A DNA stretch of 64,000 nt. Source: Smithellaceae bacterium (GTDB lineage: Bacteria > Desulfobacterota > Syntrophia > Syntrophales > Smithellaceae). The translations under genes and the position numbers were made by a program. Positions 1-10,454 of the stretch are shown piece after piece. The stretch's first letter is position 1. Each line of letters starts with the position of its first letter. Under the pieces are notes generated by a model. It was given only the letters and a program-made list of their open reading frames with translations. It was not told where the DNA came from and did not search any database. Location: positions 992,001-1,056,000 of the forward strand of contig CAXXVL010000002.1 in NCBI GenBank assembly GCA_963667845.2, written 5' to 3'.

Positions 1-1
1 G

Positions 2-907
2 ACGTTGATGGGAACCAAACAAGTCTATCCCGGCCGTTACGAACCGGAGATGATTTTGAAGCTCGTCGAGAAGGAGCACGTCACTTATTCCCATTGCGTG
101 CCCACCGTGCTGCAGATGGTTTTGAATCATCCGGCCGCCGAAAAGGCGGATCTGTCGCGCTGGAAAGTCATCATCGGCGGTGCGCGCCTCAACAGGGGGC
201 TGGCTCTGGCCGCCATGGAAAAAGGCATCCAGATTTATGCTTCCTACGGCATGTCGGAAACGTGTCCGTTAACCTGCCGTGCCAACCTGAAGTACTGGAT
301 GCTGGGGAAGCCGCAGGAGGAACTGGTGGATAATCTGATTATGACCGGACTTCCGGCGCCTTTCGTCTATGTTAGGCTTTTCGATGCCGACGGACGGTCT
401 ATTCCGCAAGACGGTGTTTCGACCGGAGAAGTCTGCGTGCGTTCGCCATGGCTCACCGAAAACTATTTCAAAGACCCTGAACGGACGAAGGAACTCTGGC
501 AGGACGGCTGGCTGCATACCGGGGACATCGGCTACATCAACCCCGACGGGTATCTCCAGGTGACCGACCGGATCAAGGACGTCATCAAAACCGGTGGAGA
601 ATGGATATCGTCCCTGGATCTGGAAAACTTATTGAGCCAGCATGAAGCGGTTCTGGAGTCGGCGGCCATCGGCATTCCCGATGCCAAGTGGGGGGAAAGA
701 CCCGTGATGGTCGCTGTGCTGAAGCCGGCGTTTAAAGACAAAATCAAGGAAACCGACCTTCGTCAATTTCTGTTACTGGGCGCGCAAGGCGGGAAAATTC
801 CCAAGTACGGCGTGCCGGACAGAGTGCAGATCGTCGCGACGCTTCCCAAAACCAGCGTCGGCAAAATCAATAAGATTGAACTGAGAAAAATATACGCAGT
901 TGGTTGA
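2..907 (+). CDS. Long-chain fatty acid-CoA ligase (AMP-binding), 5'-truncated by window edge
   Basis: ANL-superfamily motifs YGMSET, GWLHTGD, DRIKDVIKTGGEWISS, LPKTSVGK; frame open to window start. Confidence 0.9.
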   Translation, partial: TLMGTKQVYPGRYEPEMILKLVEKEHVTYSHCVPTVLQMVLNHPAAEKADLSRWKVIIGGARLNRGLALAAMEKGIQIYASYGMSETCPLTCRANLKYWMLGKPQEELVDNLIMTGLPAPFVYVRLFDADGRSIPQDGVSTGEVCVRSPWLTENYFKDPERTKELWQDGWLHTGDIGYINPDGYLQVTDRIKDVIKTGGEWISSLDLENLLSQHEAVLESAAIGIPDAKWGERPVMVAVLKPAFKDKIKETDLRQFLLLGAQGGKIPKYGVPDRVQIVATLPKTSVGKINKIELRKIYAVG

Positions 908-926
908 TGTGAGAAACAAAGAGAAC

Positions 927-962
927 AGTCTGTCTTGCCTTCGACCGCTGTCAAGACAGACT
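927..962. terminator. Hairpin between convergent genes
   Basis: AGTCTGTCTTG...CAAGACAGACT 11-bp inverted repeat; no strong U-tract. Confidence 0.45.
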
Positions 963-986
963 CCGTTGATGATTGATCAGGTCCGG

Positions 987-1385
987 CTACTTGCCTTCAA
1001 ATACAAATTTCTTTAATACCCAGCCTGTTTTGCCTGAAGCGGATTTCACTTGAATCCAATTTTTTGAATCCGCTATTTTTTCGACAAGCTCTCCTTTTTT
1101 CAGGGTAACAATAACCTTGCTCAGATGTCTGGGGTCTTTCCTCATTTTAGCGTCCCTGGTAATGTATAAATATTGGACGAGAGGCGCTGCAGGTTGGCTC
1201 GCCTTGGCGCTCTCCGGCTGTTGTATATTTTTTTGCTCCTGATTATTTGCAGCCGACTCAGAACTGATATTTTTTGCACTGTCCGGCGCTGTCGATTGTA
1301 CATTGTCGGGGGTCGCCTGCGAACCCGCACACGCATAAAAGAGCACACATAACAAAATTACACTGAATATCTTTTTTATCATCAT
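987..1385 (-). CDS. Lipoprotein with C-terminal bacterial SH3 domain
   Basis: Signal peptide with lipobox FYAC, low-complexity linker, SH3b pattern (LKKGELVEKI...WIQVK...GKTGWV). Confidence 0.8.
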   Translation of the reverse strand: MMIKKIFSVILLCVLFYACAGSQATPDNVQSTAPDSAKNISSESAANNQEQKNIQQPESAKASQPAAPLVQYLYITRDAKMRKDPRHLSKVIVTLKKGELVEKIADSKNWIQVKSASGKTGWVLKKFVFEGK

Positions 1386-1836
1386 TGCAATTCTCCTTCA
1401 CGAAAGTCATTATTGAGCCCGCTTAAATGCGAATGATCTCAGGGCAAACATGTGCAGTCGAAATCTATTTAATAGATGCCAATTGTTATTGAGCTAGACC
1501 TAACCAGGGTGTCTGTCAAGATAATTCTGATCGGGATGGTTTGTCACTTTCTCTTCAGGCAGTCTGTAAAGATCGGCGCCGCCTCGATTTGCTTGAGGCG
1601 CATGAATTACTAGGGTGAAAAGAATGCTTTTCTCCCGTCTCTCGGATCCGACCTTCCGCATCTGAAAGCAGGCCGACATGAAAACGCCTCGGAGATTAGA
1701 TCGCTTTGAGATGCTAACTTCCGTAATTCATGTTTCTCCATTCTTTCATTTTATGCTACATAGCAAACGAGTAATGGTGGAATATTAACACTCAGCCGAA
1801 GATTCCGGTATTCACCGCCATACGAAGTGGATTATC

Positions 1837-4800
1837 ATGATGAATGAGATTCTGCTCAATGCCATTCTGAATTTATTTGCTATCCGGACTTCCCTGATCG
1901 AGTCATCCGGACGGTCCGAGGCGTTTGCGATCATCGACCGTTATCTCCGGGACTATCTGCGCATCACCCATTCCGATGACTACCTCAAATTGTTTGAAGA
2001 GGCTCTGGACATTCATCAAACCGGTGACGAGCAGACGAAACTGGCGCAGGCCCGCGCAGTAACTGCAAATTTGAAGCGACTGCTGCCTCGTTTTGATCAA
2101 TATGTGTTTCTCATCCGCTATCTGGAACTTGCGAACATGGGAGAATGCCGTCATGCCGAACTTGGTGATGTCGTCGCAGCCGAACTCCAGATCACTCCGG
2201 AGGTCATGAGAGAGCTGTCATTACTGACTTCAACAAGAATAGACAGGGTCCTTCTCACCGCCAATTTTCTCTGCGTGAACCTTGACAACGCAGCGCAAGG
2301 GACATGCCGAAGGATTTCCCGGCCGGCCTTTTGTGCCGCCTTTACCGTTTATCATCTCGAGGAAGCTGATGCTTATTTTCTCAGGGGAGAGCAAGGCAGT
2401 ATATCCGCCGACTCGCTGATGCTGCCTTCGGGTACCCCGCACCTGTTGCAGTCCGGCTCTATTTTGCGGGATATGTACGGCAACTGCATTTATGATCAGG
2501 AGATCCACGCGGCCTTTCAGAGTGCCTCCCATGAGCCGCTCCGGATGTGCGCGGAAGGTCTTGATTTCCGCTATCCCGGAAGCGATAGGGGTCTCCATGA
2601 GTTCAGCTTTTGCGAATCGGGGGGCAGGCTGGTGGGGATCATGGGACAAAGCGGCTCGGGCAAATCCACGCTGCTGAATATTCTCACCGGACAACTCTCC
2701 CCTGATCGCGGCCGGGTAAGCATTAATGGGCTGGACCTTTACCGGGACGCCTCGCGCCTGGAAGGTGTGATTGGCTACGTCCCGCAGGACGATCTGCTCT
2801 TTGAACATCTCTCGGTGTTCGACAACCTCGCGTTCAACGCCGCGCTTTGCCTCGCCAACCTCGACAAAAAAACCCGCGACGCCCGGGTGGAAGACCTCCT
2901 CACTGAACTGCAGCAGTTGTCGACCCGGGATCTCATGGTAGGGTCCCCCCTGGAAAAAACCATCAGCGGCGGTGAACGCAAACGGCTGAACATCGCGCTG
3001 GAGCTGCTCAGGGAACCTTCCATCCTCCTTGTTGACGAACCAACCTCGGGCTTATCCTCCGCCGATTCGGAAAACGTCATGGCACTGCTCAAGGCTCAGG
3101 CCGCCTTGGGCAAACTGGTGATTGTGGTCATTCACCAGCCGTCTTCGCGCATCTTCCGGATGCTTGACGCCCTGTGGATCCTGGACACGGGCGGACGGCC
3201 GATATTTAACGGCAACCCGCTCGATGCCATCGTCTATTTCCGCACCGAGGTCCAACAGGCCGACATGGAAGAATACGCTTGCCCCCGCTGCGGCAATGTC
3301 AATCCGGAACAGCTCTTTGAAATTATCCAGGCCCGGGCCGTGGATGAAAACGGCCGTTTCACCCAGGAGCGCCGAATTACACCGGGAGAATGGCACAAGC
3401 GCTACCTGGCCCGCCGCGACGGACACGCGCTATCAGAGATGTCAAGAGCACCGTCCCTGACGACGCCCCAAATGGAGCGGCGCCTGTGGCGGCCCGGGGT
3501 GGCCGGTCAGTTTTGGATTTTCTTTTTGCGCACACTCAAAAGCCATGCCCAAAACCGGCAATACCTCTTCATTAATCTGCTCGAACCCCCGCTCCTGGCA
3601 GTCATCGCTGCTCTGATTTGCAGAGGCTCCTGGGGTGTGGAATACGTGTTCATGGAGAACAAGAACCTCAGTAACTTTTTCTTTATCAGTATTGTGGTCG
3701 CCATCTTCCTGGGGCTGAGTATCAGCGCCGAGGAAATCAACCGCGACCGGAAAATGTTGAATCGCGAGCGGCTGCTTCATCTCAACTGGACGGCTTATAT
3801 CTCGGCCAAAACCTTCTACCTGGCGGGAGTCGCCGCCCTGCAGATGGCGCTGTTTGTCTGGCTGGGGAACTTCATTCTCAAGATACCGGACATGAACGGC
3901 GTCTCATGGCTGGTGCTTTTTTTCTGTGCCCTGGTTTCCTGTATTCTTGGGCTCAATATTTCTGCCTCAGTGCGTTCCGCCGTCAACATCTATATCATTA
4001 TCCCCATCCTGCTGGTGCCTCAGATCATGCTCGGCGGGGCCTCTGTGCCCTTTGACGAGCTGATGGACCGCGAGGCGGGCGCCCGGAATGTACCCCTAAT
4101 CGCCGATATCATGCCGTCGCGCTGGGGGTATGAGGTTCTGGTGGTCGAGCAGTATGGCAAAAACCGCTATATGCGCCTCTTCTTTGAGGATGAGCGCCTG
4201 GCCATAAACAGCGATTATATGCTCCAGGTCAATATTCCCCAGATGCAGTCCCTGGCCGATTATCCTCTGCTCGAATCCGCAGAACCGGATCATGCCGGTC
4301 AAGCCCGGCGCAAACTGGCCGTGCTCGCCACAGAATTGAGGATTATCGAAGAACGAACCGGGATAGCCTTTGGCCTTTCGGCGGCCGCGCTGGAACCGAA
4401 GACCTATACCCTCGATACCTGTCGGCGCGTCAAAGAATATCTGGAACGCATCGAAAAGGTTTATCAGGATCTGCATACCCGGGCCGTCGCGGACAAACGC
4501 GCCACGGAAAAACAGCTGCACGACTCCCTGGGCAGCGCTGGCGCGCAAAAATTCAAAAGCACCTATTACAACGAGGCTATTGCAGACCTGGTCCTGAACG
4601 TAAAAGACCTGGAGGCCGTGCGTCTTTCCGGCAACCGTCTGGTGCGTGTTGCGGCCCCGGTCTTTGAGGATCCGGAATCGAAACTCGGCTGCGCGCCGTT
4701 TCTGGCGTCGTCAAAACGACTGGGATCGTGGCGCATGGAGACGTTTTATTTCAATCTGCTGGTATTGGGAGGAATGGCCGTCCTGCTCTTTCTGGCGCTT

Positions 4801-4851
4801 GCGGCGCGCTTGCTGCCGCGGCTTTCCGGCATCAAGAGAACAATACACTGA
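1837..4851 (+). CDS. Fused ABC transporter ATPase-permease (ABCG/ABC-2 type) with N-terminal extension
   Basis: Walker A GQSGSGKS, signature ISGGERKR, Walker B LLVDEPTSG, H-loop VIHQP, then several TM helices. Confidence 0.88.
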   Translation: MMNEILLNAILNLFAIRTSLIESSGRSEAFAIIDRYLRDYLRITHSDDYLKLFEEALDIHQTGDEQTKLAQARAVTANLKRLLPRFDQYVFLIRYLELANMGECRHAELGDVVAAELQITPEVMRELSLLTSTRIDRVLLTANFLCVNLDNAAQGTCRRISRPAFCAAFTVYHLEEADAYFLRGEQGSISADSLMLPSGTPHLLQSGSILRDMYGNCIYDQEIHAAFQSASHEPLRMCAEGLDFRYPGSDRGLHEFSFCESGGRLVGIMGQSGSGKSTLLNILTGQLSPDRGRVSINGLDLYRDASRLEGVIGYVPQDDLLFEHLSVFDNLAFNAALCLANLDKKTRDARVEDLLTELQQLSTRDLMVGSPLEKTISGGERKRLNIALELLREPSILLVDEPTSGLSSADSENVMALLKAQAALGKLVIVVIHQPSSRIFRMLDALWILDTGGRPIFNGNPLDAIVYFRTEVQQADMEEYACPRCGNVNPEQLFEIIQARAVDENGRFTQERRITPGEWHKRYLARRDGHALSEMSRAPSLTTPQMERRLWRPGVAGQFWIFFLRTLKSHAQNRQYLFINLLEPPLLAVIAALICRGSWGVEYVFMENKNLSNFFFISIVVAIFLGLSISAEEINRDRKMLNRERLLHLNWTAYISAKTFYLAGVAALQMALFVWLGNFILKIPDMNGVSWLVLFFCALVSCILGLNISASVRSAVNIYIIIPILLVPQIMLGGASVPFDELMDREAGARNVPLIADIMPSRWGYEVLVVEQYGKNRYMRLFFEDERLAINSDYMLQVNIPQMQSLADYPLLESAEPDHAGQARRKLAVLATELRIIEERTGIAFGLSAAALEPKTYTLDTCRRVKEYLERIEKVYQDLHTRAVADKRATEKQLHDSLGSAGAQKFKSTYYNEAIADLVLNVKDLEAVRLSGNRLVRVAAPVFEDPESKLGCAPFLASSKRLGSWRMETFYFNLLVLGGMAVLLFLALAARLLPRLSGIKRTIH

Positions 4852-4864
4852 CAGGAGAAATGTC

Positions 4865-5752
4865 ATGATAAGAAAAACAGGGTTACTCATCGGTTTGCTT
4901 GCGATCATTTCCTTTGGGATATTCACGGCACAGGCTGCGGACCCGTCGCATCCCCAAAAGAGGACAGTGGACAAACCGGATGCCTCGGACAAGAATGTTT
5001 GGCCCTTAATGAGCGGAAAGGCTTCTAAGAAAGATACGCCGGCAGTGTATTATCATGCCGGCCCGATCAAGGATGCCGGACTATCCTATCAGGAAAGCCT
5101 GACTCTGCCGGTTAAGGGCAGCTATGCGTGCAAAAGCGAGACCCAGTTACGAGTCCTCGCCGGCATGCATGGTTTCGATATCAACTATGCCCTGGTCTTT
5201 GGCCGTAAGAAGGAATTCGTCAACACCATGAAATTTCTGCATTCCGAAATCCTGGGACGTTTAAAGAAATCGGATTATGTGAACCCCAATATGATTGCCG
5301 CCGACGAAACCAAAAAGCTCCTCGCGGACATAACCGATCCCCAGAATCTGGAAAAATATAAAGCTTACTGGTCGAAACAAATGGACACCAACATGAAGAA
5401 GGCAGCTAAAAATCCCGAGCTCATGGAGGCGCTGTTAGACAACTGGTATGGCTCTCTGATCGAAAGCAGCTTTGTCCTGTGCAGTCTTGCCCTCAACAGC
5501 ACGGGCGGCGACAAACTTTACTCATTGTTCGTTGATTACATGCTGCGCGTTGACGCTTTGGATATCAGGATGCAGGAGTTTTATAATTCCGATTACGGCA
5601 GAGCCCTGGAGCAGGCTGACCGCAAAACTGTCTTTGCTCCGATCCGCGAACTGATTCAGAAGAAACACGGCTTGCTGGACCGGCAGGATATCAATTTCAT
5701 TCTCTCCGCCATGAAAAACATCCGCGCCGAATACGTGAAGCCATGTAAATAA
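4865..5752 (+). CDS. Secreted hypothetical protein, probable partner of upstream ABC transporter
   Basis: AGGAG RBS before ATG 4865; signal peptide MIRKTGLLIGLLAIISFGIFTAQA; 13-bp gap after ABC gene. Confidence 0.75.
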   Translation: MIRKTGLLIGLLAIISFGIFTAQAADPSHPQKRTVDKPDASDKNVWPLMSGKASKKDTPAVYYHAGPIKDAGLSYQESLTLPVKGSYACKSETQLRVLAGMHGFDINYALVFGRKKEFVNTMKFLHSEILGRLKKSDYVNPNMIAADETKKLLADITDPQNLEKYKAYWSKQMDTNMKKAAKNPELMEALLDNWYGSLIESSFVLCSLALNSTGGDKLYSLFVDYMLRVDALDIRMQEFYNSDYGRALEQADRKTVFAPIRELIQKKHGLLDRQDINFILSAMKNIRAEYVKPCK

Positions 5753-5951
5753 TGATCGCTCATCCGGCTGGTGCGTGTTCCATCCGCAAGAGAATTCTGG
5801 TCCGGCTTTCGGCAGGCGCTGGAGAATAGAAAGGGCTATAAGCCGCAATAAAGATCATCAAGCTAAAAGGGAATATTTAATTTTCCTTCATTGAATAATT
5901 AGTGATAATAAAGGTAAATGATTAAAAAGTCTGTTGACAAGGGGGTGGCAG

Positions 5952-6392
5952 GTGAAGAATTTGGTGATTTTGTCAGGTGGGTTTGATCCAATTCACATGG
6001 GCCATGTCTATATGATTGAGGCTGCTTCATTGCTTGGTGAGATTGTCATTTGTCTGAACAGTGATGATTGGCTGATACGGAAAAAAGGTAATCCTTTTAT
6101 GTCCTGGATTGAACGGGCAACCATTGTGGGTAATATGAAATATGTCATTGATGTATTGCCCATGAATGATGACGATGATACTGCCTGTGACGGCATTAAA
6201 AGCGCGTATACAAAATATAAGAAACAATACGACATGATCTATTTCGGCAACGGCGGTGATAGAAACGTTGTTTCGACACCGGGCAAAGAACAGGAATTGT
6301 GTAAACAGTTAGGGATAGGATTAATTTGGGAATTGGGCGGCAAGACCAAAGTTCAATCCTCAAGTTGGGTTTTAGATAAACAGAGCAAATAA
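5952..6392 (+). CDS. Cytidylyltransferase/adenylyltransferase-like (HIGH-motif) protein
   Basis: SGGFDPIHMGH motif, LNSD, RKKG, NGGDR, terminal SSS; GTG start at 5952 preferred over TTG at 5934. Confidence 0.85.
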   Translation: MKNLVILSGGFDPIHMGHVYMIEAASLLGEIVICLNSDDWLIRKKGNPFMSWIERATIVGNMKYVIDVLPMNDDDDTACDGIKSAYTKYKKQYDMIYFGNGGDRNVVSTPGKEQELCKQLGIGLIWELGGKTKVQSSSWVLDKQSK

Positions 6393-6426
6393 AAAACAGA
6401 ACATTACATTCTCATACGGAATTCAT

Positions 6427-8946
6427 ATGGCAAAAGCGGCTGTTCATAAACGAAACTCTCCTCAGGTAAGTGTGCAACCGACGAAAGTTATTTCATACCC
6501 GGCCGTTGCCGACGGAGTTGATCTACCGGATCTCACATTTCGCAAGAACAAAGATGAGGAAGCGTTTGTCGGGCCGACATCGCCCCGACAGTGCTCACCT
6601 CTCAAGACAAATCCAATCATCGATGAAATCGTGTCGGCGTTTGACGATCTGAAGTTAAAGACACTGCTTGCCCCGCTGTTGCCAATGATTGCGGCGTCCA
6701 ACATCACATTCCATATCGTTGGCCGTCGTGGATCGATGTTAAAGATCACGCAGGACACGATGAATGTTGTTGTTGAGGCGCATTGGAATTTATTCATCCC
6801 CTATTTTGAACATGTCAAAGCACTTCCCATCATTCATCCCGAGGTCCTGGATATCTTCGCCAGGGCTGTCTTTCGCTATATGGCCCTGGCCGCGAAGCAT
6901 CCCAAGGTCGCGGATAACCAGCCCAGGAGCTTCGTTGTCGAGGCCTACAAAGCACGGCCCGAGCTTTTATTGGCTTCGTTGGACATTTTCAATAAACCCA
7001 GTATTTACCACATCCAGCCGACAAGATCCTGGTTCAACAGGATTTCTATGGTTAATGACACGTATCGTTTCCAGATTGGCGTTGCCGCTGGGGCTGCCGC
7101 CCCGTCCGTGCGTCCTGAATTCCTGGAAGAAGTTACCGACTTTGTCCATAAAGTTGTGAAAAACTATGCTTTCCGTTATGCAGATTATCTGTGGACGCAG
7201 CAATACAAAATTACCTTCGGCAACCCCTCCGATGCGGGGATGGTGGGGCGCGAAGGGGAAGACATTGTCATTCACATTGATCCTTTAATTTATCAAACCT
7301 CGTGGAAACCGGCGCTTTATTTAAGCCTTGGCTATGCGATCATGCTTGCCATCCTCCAATCGGCGGGAAGAGACGATAAAAAAGAATATACCTATCTGGC
7401 CGTGAAGAAGACCTGGAATCGTTTTTTGAGCTTTGATGAATCTGTTGAGAAGCAAAGTGTGCGTGAGATTTACAGGTTGCCTCAGGTAACCGAAGCGGTT
7501 CAGTGCCGCAGCTTGATGGAATGCACGATCGGCAATAAAAGCGGCGAACTTGTCGATGATTTTATGATGCTCATGAACTATTCTTCCAAAGATACCATTT
7601 TGGAAAAGTTGGCTATTTTAAACGAGATCCGGAATGGGAAGGGGACAGGTTCTTATTTTGAACAATTATCGAGTTCCGTCCGGAATATAAATTCATCTTT
7701 GATAAGGAATAACATTAATTACAGCAAGCTGATCGAGATCCTGCGCAATGACAACATCGATCATCTGCAGTTGGCGGAATTTTTACATACGGGACAATTA
7801 GGCGGCTTGACCGTTGTGGATGTGAGCGAATGGCTGTTGCTCCGGACGCTTTTATATGACCTGATTAATGCGCCCAAGGTATTCAGTAACGATTACAAAA
7901 TGCTTTTGAAGGTTTTGACAAAAGTATGCAAGAGCCTGATTGTTTATATCTGGATGTTAGGTGTGGATGACGATGCGCGTTATGAAATGGTCAGCGCGTA
8001 TATAGCAAAGCTGATGTACGATATTTTCGTGTTTAATCGCGTCAAAATCTATGACATCGTTGCCGACCCGGTGGAATGCCTGGAGGCCGAGGCGGTGACC
8101 GGGTATCTTTTAAATTGGGCCAGTTTTACGCCTGAAAAGCGGCATTCGGCCATTAAGACGCTGTCGGGCTTACCGAAGAATGTGGTTGCCCATTTAAGCG
8201 TTCAGACAGCCGACGACGTTGACCGGTTGATTAACGTGATCAGAGCAAGCAACAGCGGGCTTATCGGTTTCTACCTCTATCAGGCATACAGCTGGGGAAG
8301 CGTTCAGGGTGAGCTCACCAATCGAATCCGCAGCCATTTTCCCCAACTGCTTAAGTGGGCCGAGGCAGCAATGCTTCCCGCAAAGGCGAACATGGGGGGA
8401 GCGATGCTGCTTTTGCTTTTGGCTCAGATCATTTCTGATGAGCGTGACGGGTTTGCCCGAAATATTGTGATTGCTGAAGAAGAAAGGCAGATCGTCCGGG
8501 ACCTCATCAAGCAATGCGTTGATTGGGACCAGAAGCATTTTGTGATGATGATTGCAGGTATCGCGGCCGGTTATGTAGGAAATATCGATGAATGGATCCT
8601 GCAACAATTTGACAGGTTACTGGGCCGTTATGATGGTGGAGATCGTGTCGTCCTGCGCAGTGTCGTGCAGTTTGATGTTGAAAATTTAATCGAGCGTACT
8701 CTGATGACGGCCGGAGAGGGAGACGAAAGCGCATTGGTAGATAAGATACAACTTCTTCGCTTTGGAGTTGATCCTATTATCAGTAATAAGGCCAACGAGT
8801 ATCTTAGGACATTGGCTTCCCGTCATGGCATTCCCGTGTCGGGAATCGTTCTGAATAGAAAAAATATCGGTGAGCTTCTCCTGACCTTGTCTCAACGTAT
8901 GGAGGCACAGATTTCCTGTGTCGGCACTGTCAATCCGGCTGCATAA
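6427..8946 (+). CDS. Large hypothetical protein (839 aa), no recognised domain
   Basis: Long uninterrupted ORF filling the gap, 34 bp after the nucleotidyltransferase; C-terminal half looks helix-rich. Confidence 0.75.
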   Translation: MAKAAVHKRNSPQVSVQPTKVISYPAVADGVDLPDLTFRKNKDEEAFVGPTSPRQCSPLKTNPIIDEIVSAFDDLKLKTLLAPLLPMIAASNITFHIVGRRGSMLKITQDTMNVVVEAHWNLFIPYFEHVKALPIIHPEVLDIFARAVFRYMALAAKHPKVADNQPRSFVVEAYKARPELLLASLDIFNKPSIYHIQPTRSWFNRISMVNDTYRFQIGVAAGAAAPSVRPEFLEEVTDFVHKVVKNYAFRYADYLWTQQYKITFGNPSDAGMVGREGEDIVIHIDPLIYQTSWKPALYLSLGYAIMLAILQSAGRDDKKEYTYLAVKKTWNRFLSFDESVEKQSVREIYRLPQVTEAVQCRSLMECTIGNKSGELVDDFMMLMNYSSKDTILEKLAILNEIRNGKGTGSYFEQLSSSVRNINSSLIRNNINYSKLIEILRNDNIDHLQLAEFLHTGQLGGLTVVDVSEWLLLRTLLYDLINAPKVFSNDYKMLLKVLTKVCKSLIVYIWMLGVDDDARYEMVSAYIAKLMYDIFVFNRVKIYDIVADPVECLEAEAVTGYLLNWASFTPEKRHSAIKTLSGLPKNVVAHLSVQTADDVDRLINVIRASNSGLIGFYLYQAYSWGSVQGELTNRIRSHFPQLLKWAEAAMLPAKANMGGAMLLLLLAQIISDERDGFARNIVIAEEERQIVRDLIKQCVDWDQKHFVMMIAGIAAGYVGNIDEWILQQFDRLLGRYDGGDRVVLRSVVQFDVENLIERTLMTAGEGDESALVDKIQLLRFGVDPIISNKANEYLRTLASRHGIPVSGIVLNRKNIGELLLTLSQRMEAQISCVGTVNPAA

Positions 8947-9022
8947 AACCAAGGTGCACCCTATTAATCATGAAAGATAATCAAATACCTTATTGTGCGA
9001 ACTCTTACCTCACTGAGCTCAA

Positions 9023-10453
9023 TTATTCTTTCTGTGCTGCGGGTTGGACCGTCGTTTCGGCTGTATCCGTCGTCCAGCCGCCGCCCATGGCCTTGTAAAG
9101 ATCAATCATCGCGTGAAACAGATTGCCGCGCGTCTGGATGTAATTCAATTCGATCGTGAAAAGATTGCGCTCCGCATCAAGGACTTCGAGGTTGCTGCTG
9201 TAGCCATTTTCATAACGCAGAACGGCCAGGCTCCGGTAGTTGCGCAGCGCCGTCAGCTGATTGAACAGGGCGTCGAGCTGGATTCTCGTCCGGTCCTGAG
9301 CCACCAGAGAATCCTCCACTTCCCGGAAGGCTGTCTGAATCGTCTTGACATAGGTAAGCAGAGCCTGTTTCTGGACCGCCTCGGATGCCTGCACCTTGCC
9401 CCAGGTGCGCCCCGCCGTAAAAATGGGAACCGTGACGTTGGCGCCCAGGTTCCAGACCTGGGCCGGTCCCGTAAACAGATCGGAGAGACTCGCACTTGCC
9501 TGCCCGAACGTTCCCGTCAGCGAAACGGATGGAAAGTAAGCCGCTTTGGCGACGCCGATTTTGGCATTGGCCGAAATCAAATCCTGCTCGGACTGCCGGA
9601 TGTCGGGGCGCCGCTCCAGGAGGTCGGACGGCAGTCCTGCCGGAACGACGGGAAATCGCAACTGATCAATCGTCATTCCCCGGATAACCGGACCCGGATT
9701 ACGCCCTAGAAGCAGACTCAGGGCATTCTCCTGCTGCGCGATGCTCTTCTCGATCTGGGGAATCGTAGCGCGCGTGCTCTCGTATTCGGAACGGATCTGG
9801 CTCAACTCCATCTCCGAGATGACGCCGGCGGCATAGCGGAGCTTATAAATTTCCAGAGAGTCCTCACGGGTTTTGAGCGTTTCCCGCGCGATGGCCAGCT
9901 GCCGGTCGAAATCGCGGAGGTCGATGTAGGCACCCGCAACCGACGCCGCGAGAGAAAGAAGGACGGCGCGATGGGCGTACTCCCGGGAAAGGAGATCCGC
10001 TCGGGCGGCTTCATTGGAACGGCGCAGTTTTCCCCAAAAATCAATTTCCCAACTCGCATTGAAAACGGCCTGGTAACTGGCATAGGGATTGTCCAGGCCG
10101 GCGGGCCACGGCGTGGCTCCTGCTTCCGTAACCTGCTGTTTTGCGGCCGATCCGCTTCCCTGTACATAGGGGAAGAGTTCGCCGCGGGTGGCCACATAGC
10201 GGCCGCTGTATTCCTCGATCCGGGCCGCGGCGATGAGGACATCTTTGTTTTCCCGCAGAGCCGTTTCCATCAGTCCGTTCAGGACCGGATCGCCCAACTG
10301 TTCCCACCAGCGCATATCGACCAGCGTCTGCGCTTCCTTGTCCTCCATGCGCCATTTTACAGGCGTCAGGGTGTCCGGTCGCCGGTAATCGGGACCGACG
10401 GTGCAGGCGATCAAAAGGAGTGTGACGGTGAAGATGAGGATTTTCCTGATCAC
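9023..10453 (-). CDS. RND efflux outer membrane lipoprotein (OprM/NodT family)
   Basis: Lipobox LIAC-TVGPDY, WWEQLGDPVL, SWEIDFWG, PSDLLERRPDI, LYKAMGGGW. Confidence 0.93.
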   Translation of the reverse strand: MIRKILIFTVTLLLIACTVGPDYRRPDTLTPVKWRMEDKEAQTLVDMRWWEQLGDPVLNGLMETALRENKDVLIAAARIEEYSGRYVATRGELFPYVQGSGSAAKQQVTEAGATPWPAGLDNPYASYQAVFNASWEIDFWGKLRRSNEAARADLLSREYAHRAVLLSLAASVAGAYIDLRDFDRQLAIARETLKTREDSLEIYKLRYAAGVISEMELSQIRSEYESTRATIPQIEKSIAQQENALSLLLGRNPGPVIRGMTIDQLRFPVVPAGLPSDLLERRPDIRQSEQDLISANAKIGVAKAAYFPSVSLTGTFGQASASLSDLFTGPAQVWNLGANVTVPIFTAGRTWGKVQASEAVQKQALLTYVKTIQTAFREVEDSLVAQDRTRIQLDALFNQLTALRNYRSLAVLRYENGYSSNLEVLDAERNLFTIELNYIQTRGNLFHAMIDLYKAMGGGWTTDTAETTVQPAAQKE

Positions 10454-10454
10454 G

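Noticed and set aside
1436..1480. CAGGGCAAAC resembling the start of a c-di-GMP-I riboswitch
   Set aside because: No following stem with GAAA loop, GACGCAAA junction or tetraloop receptor.
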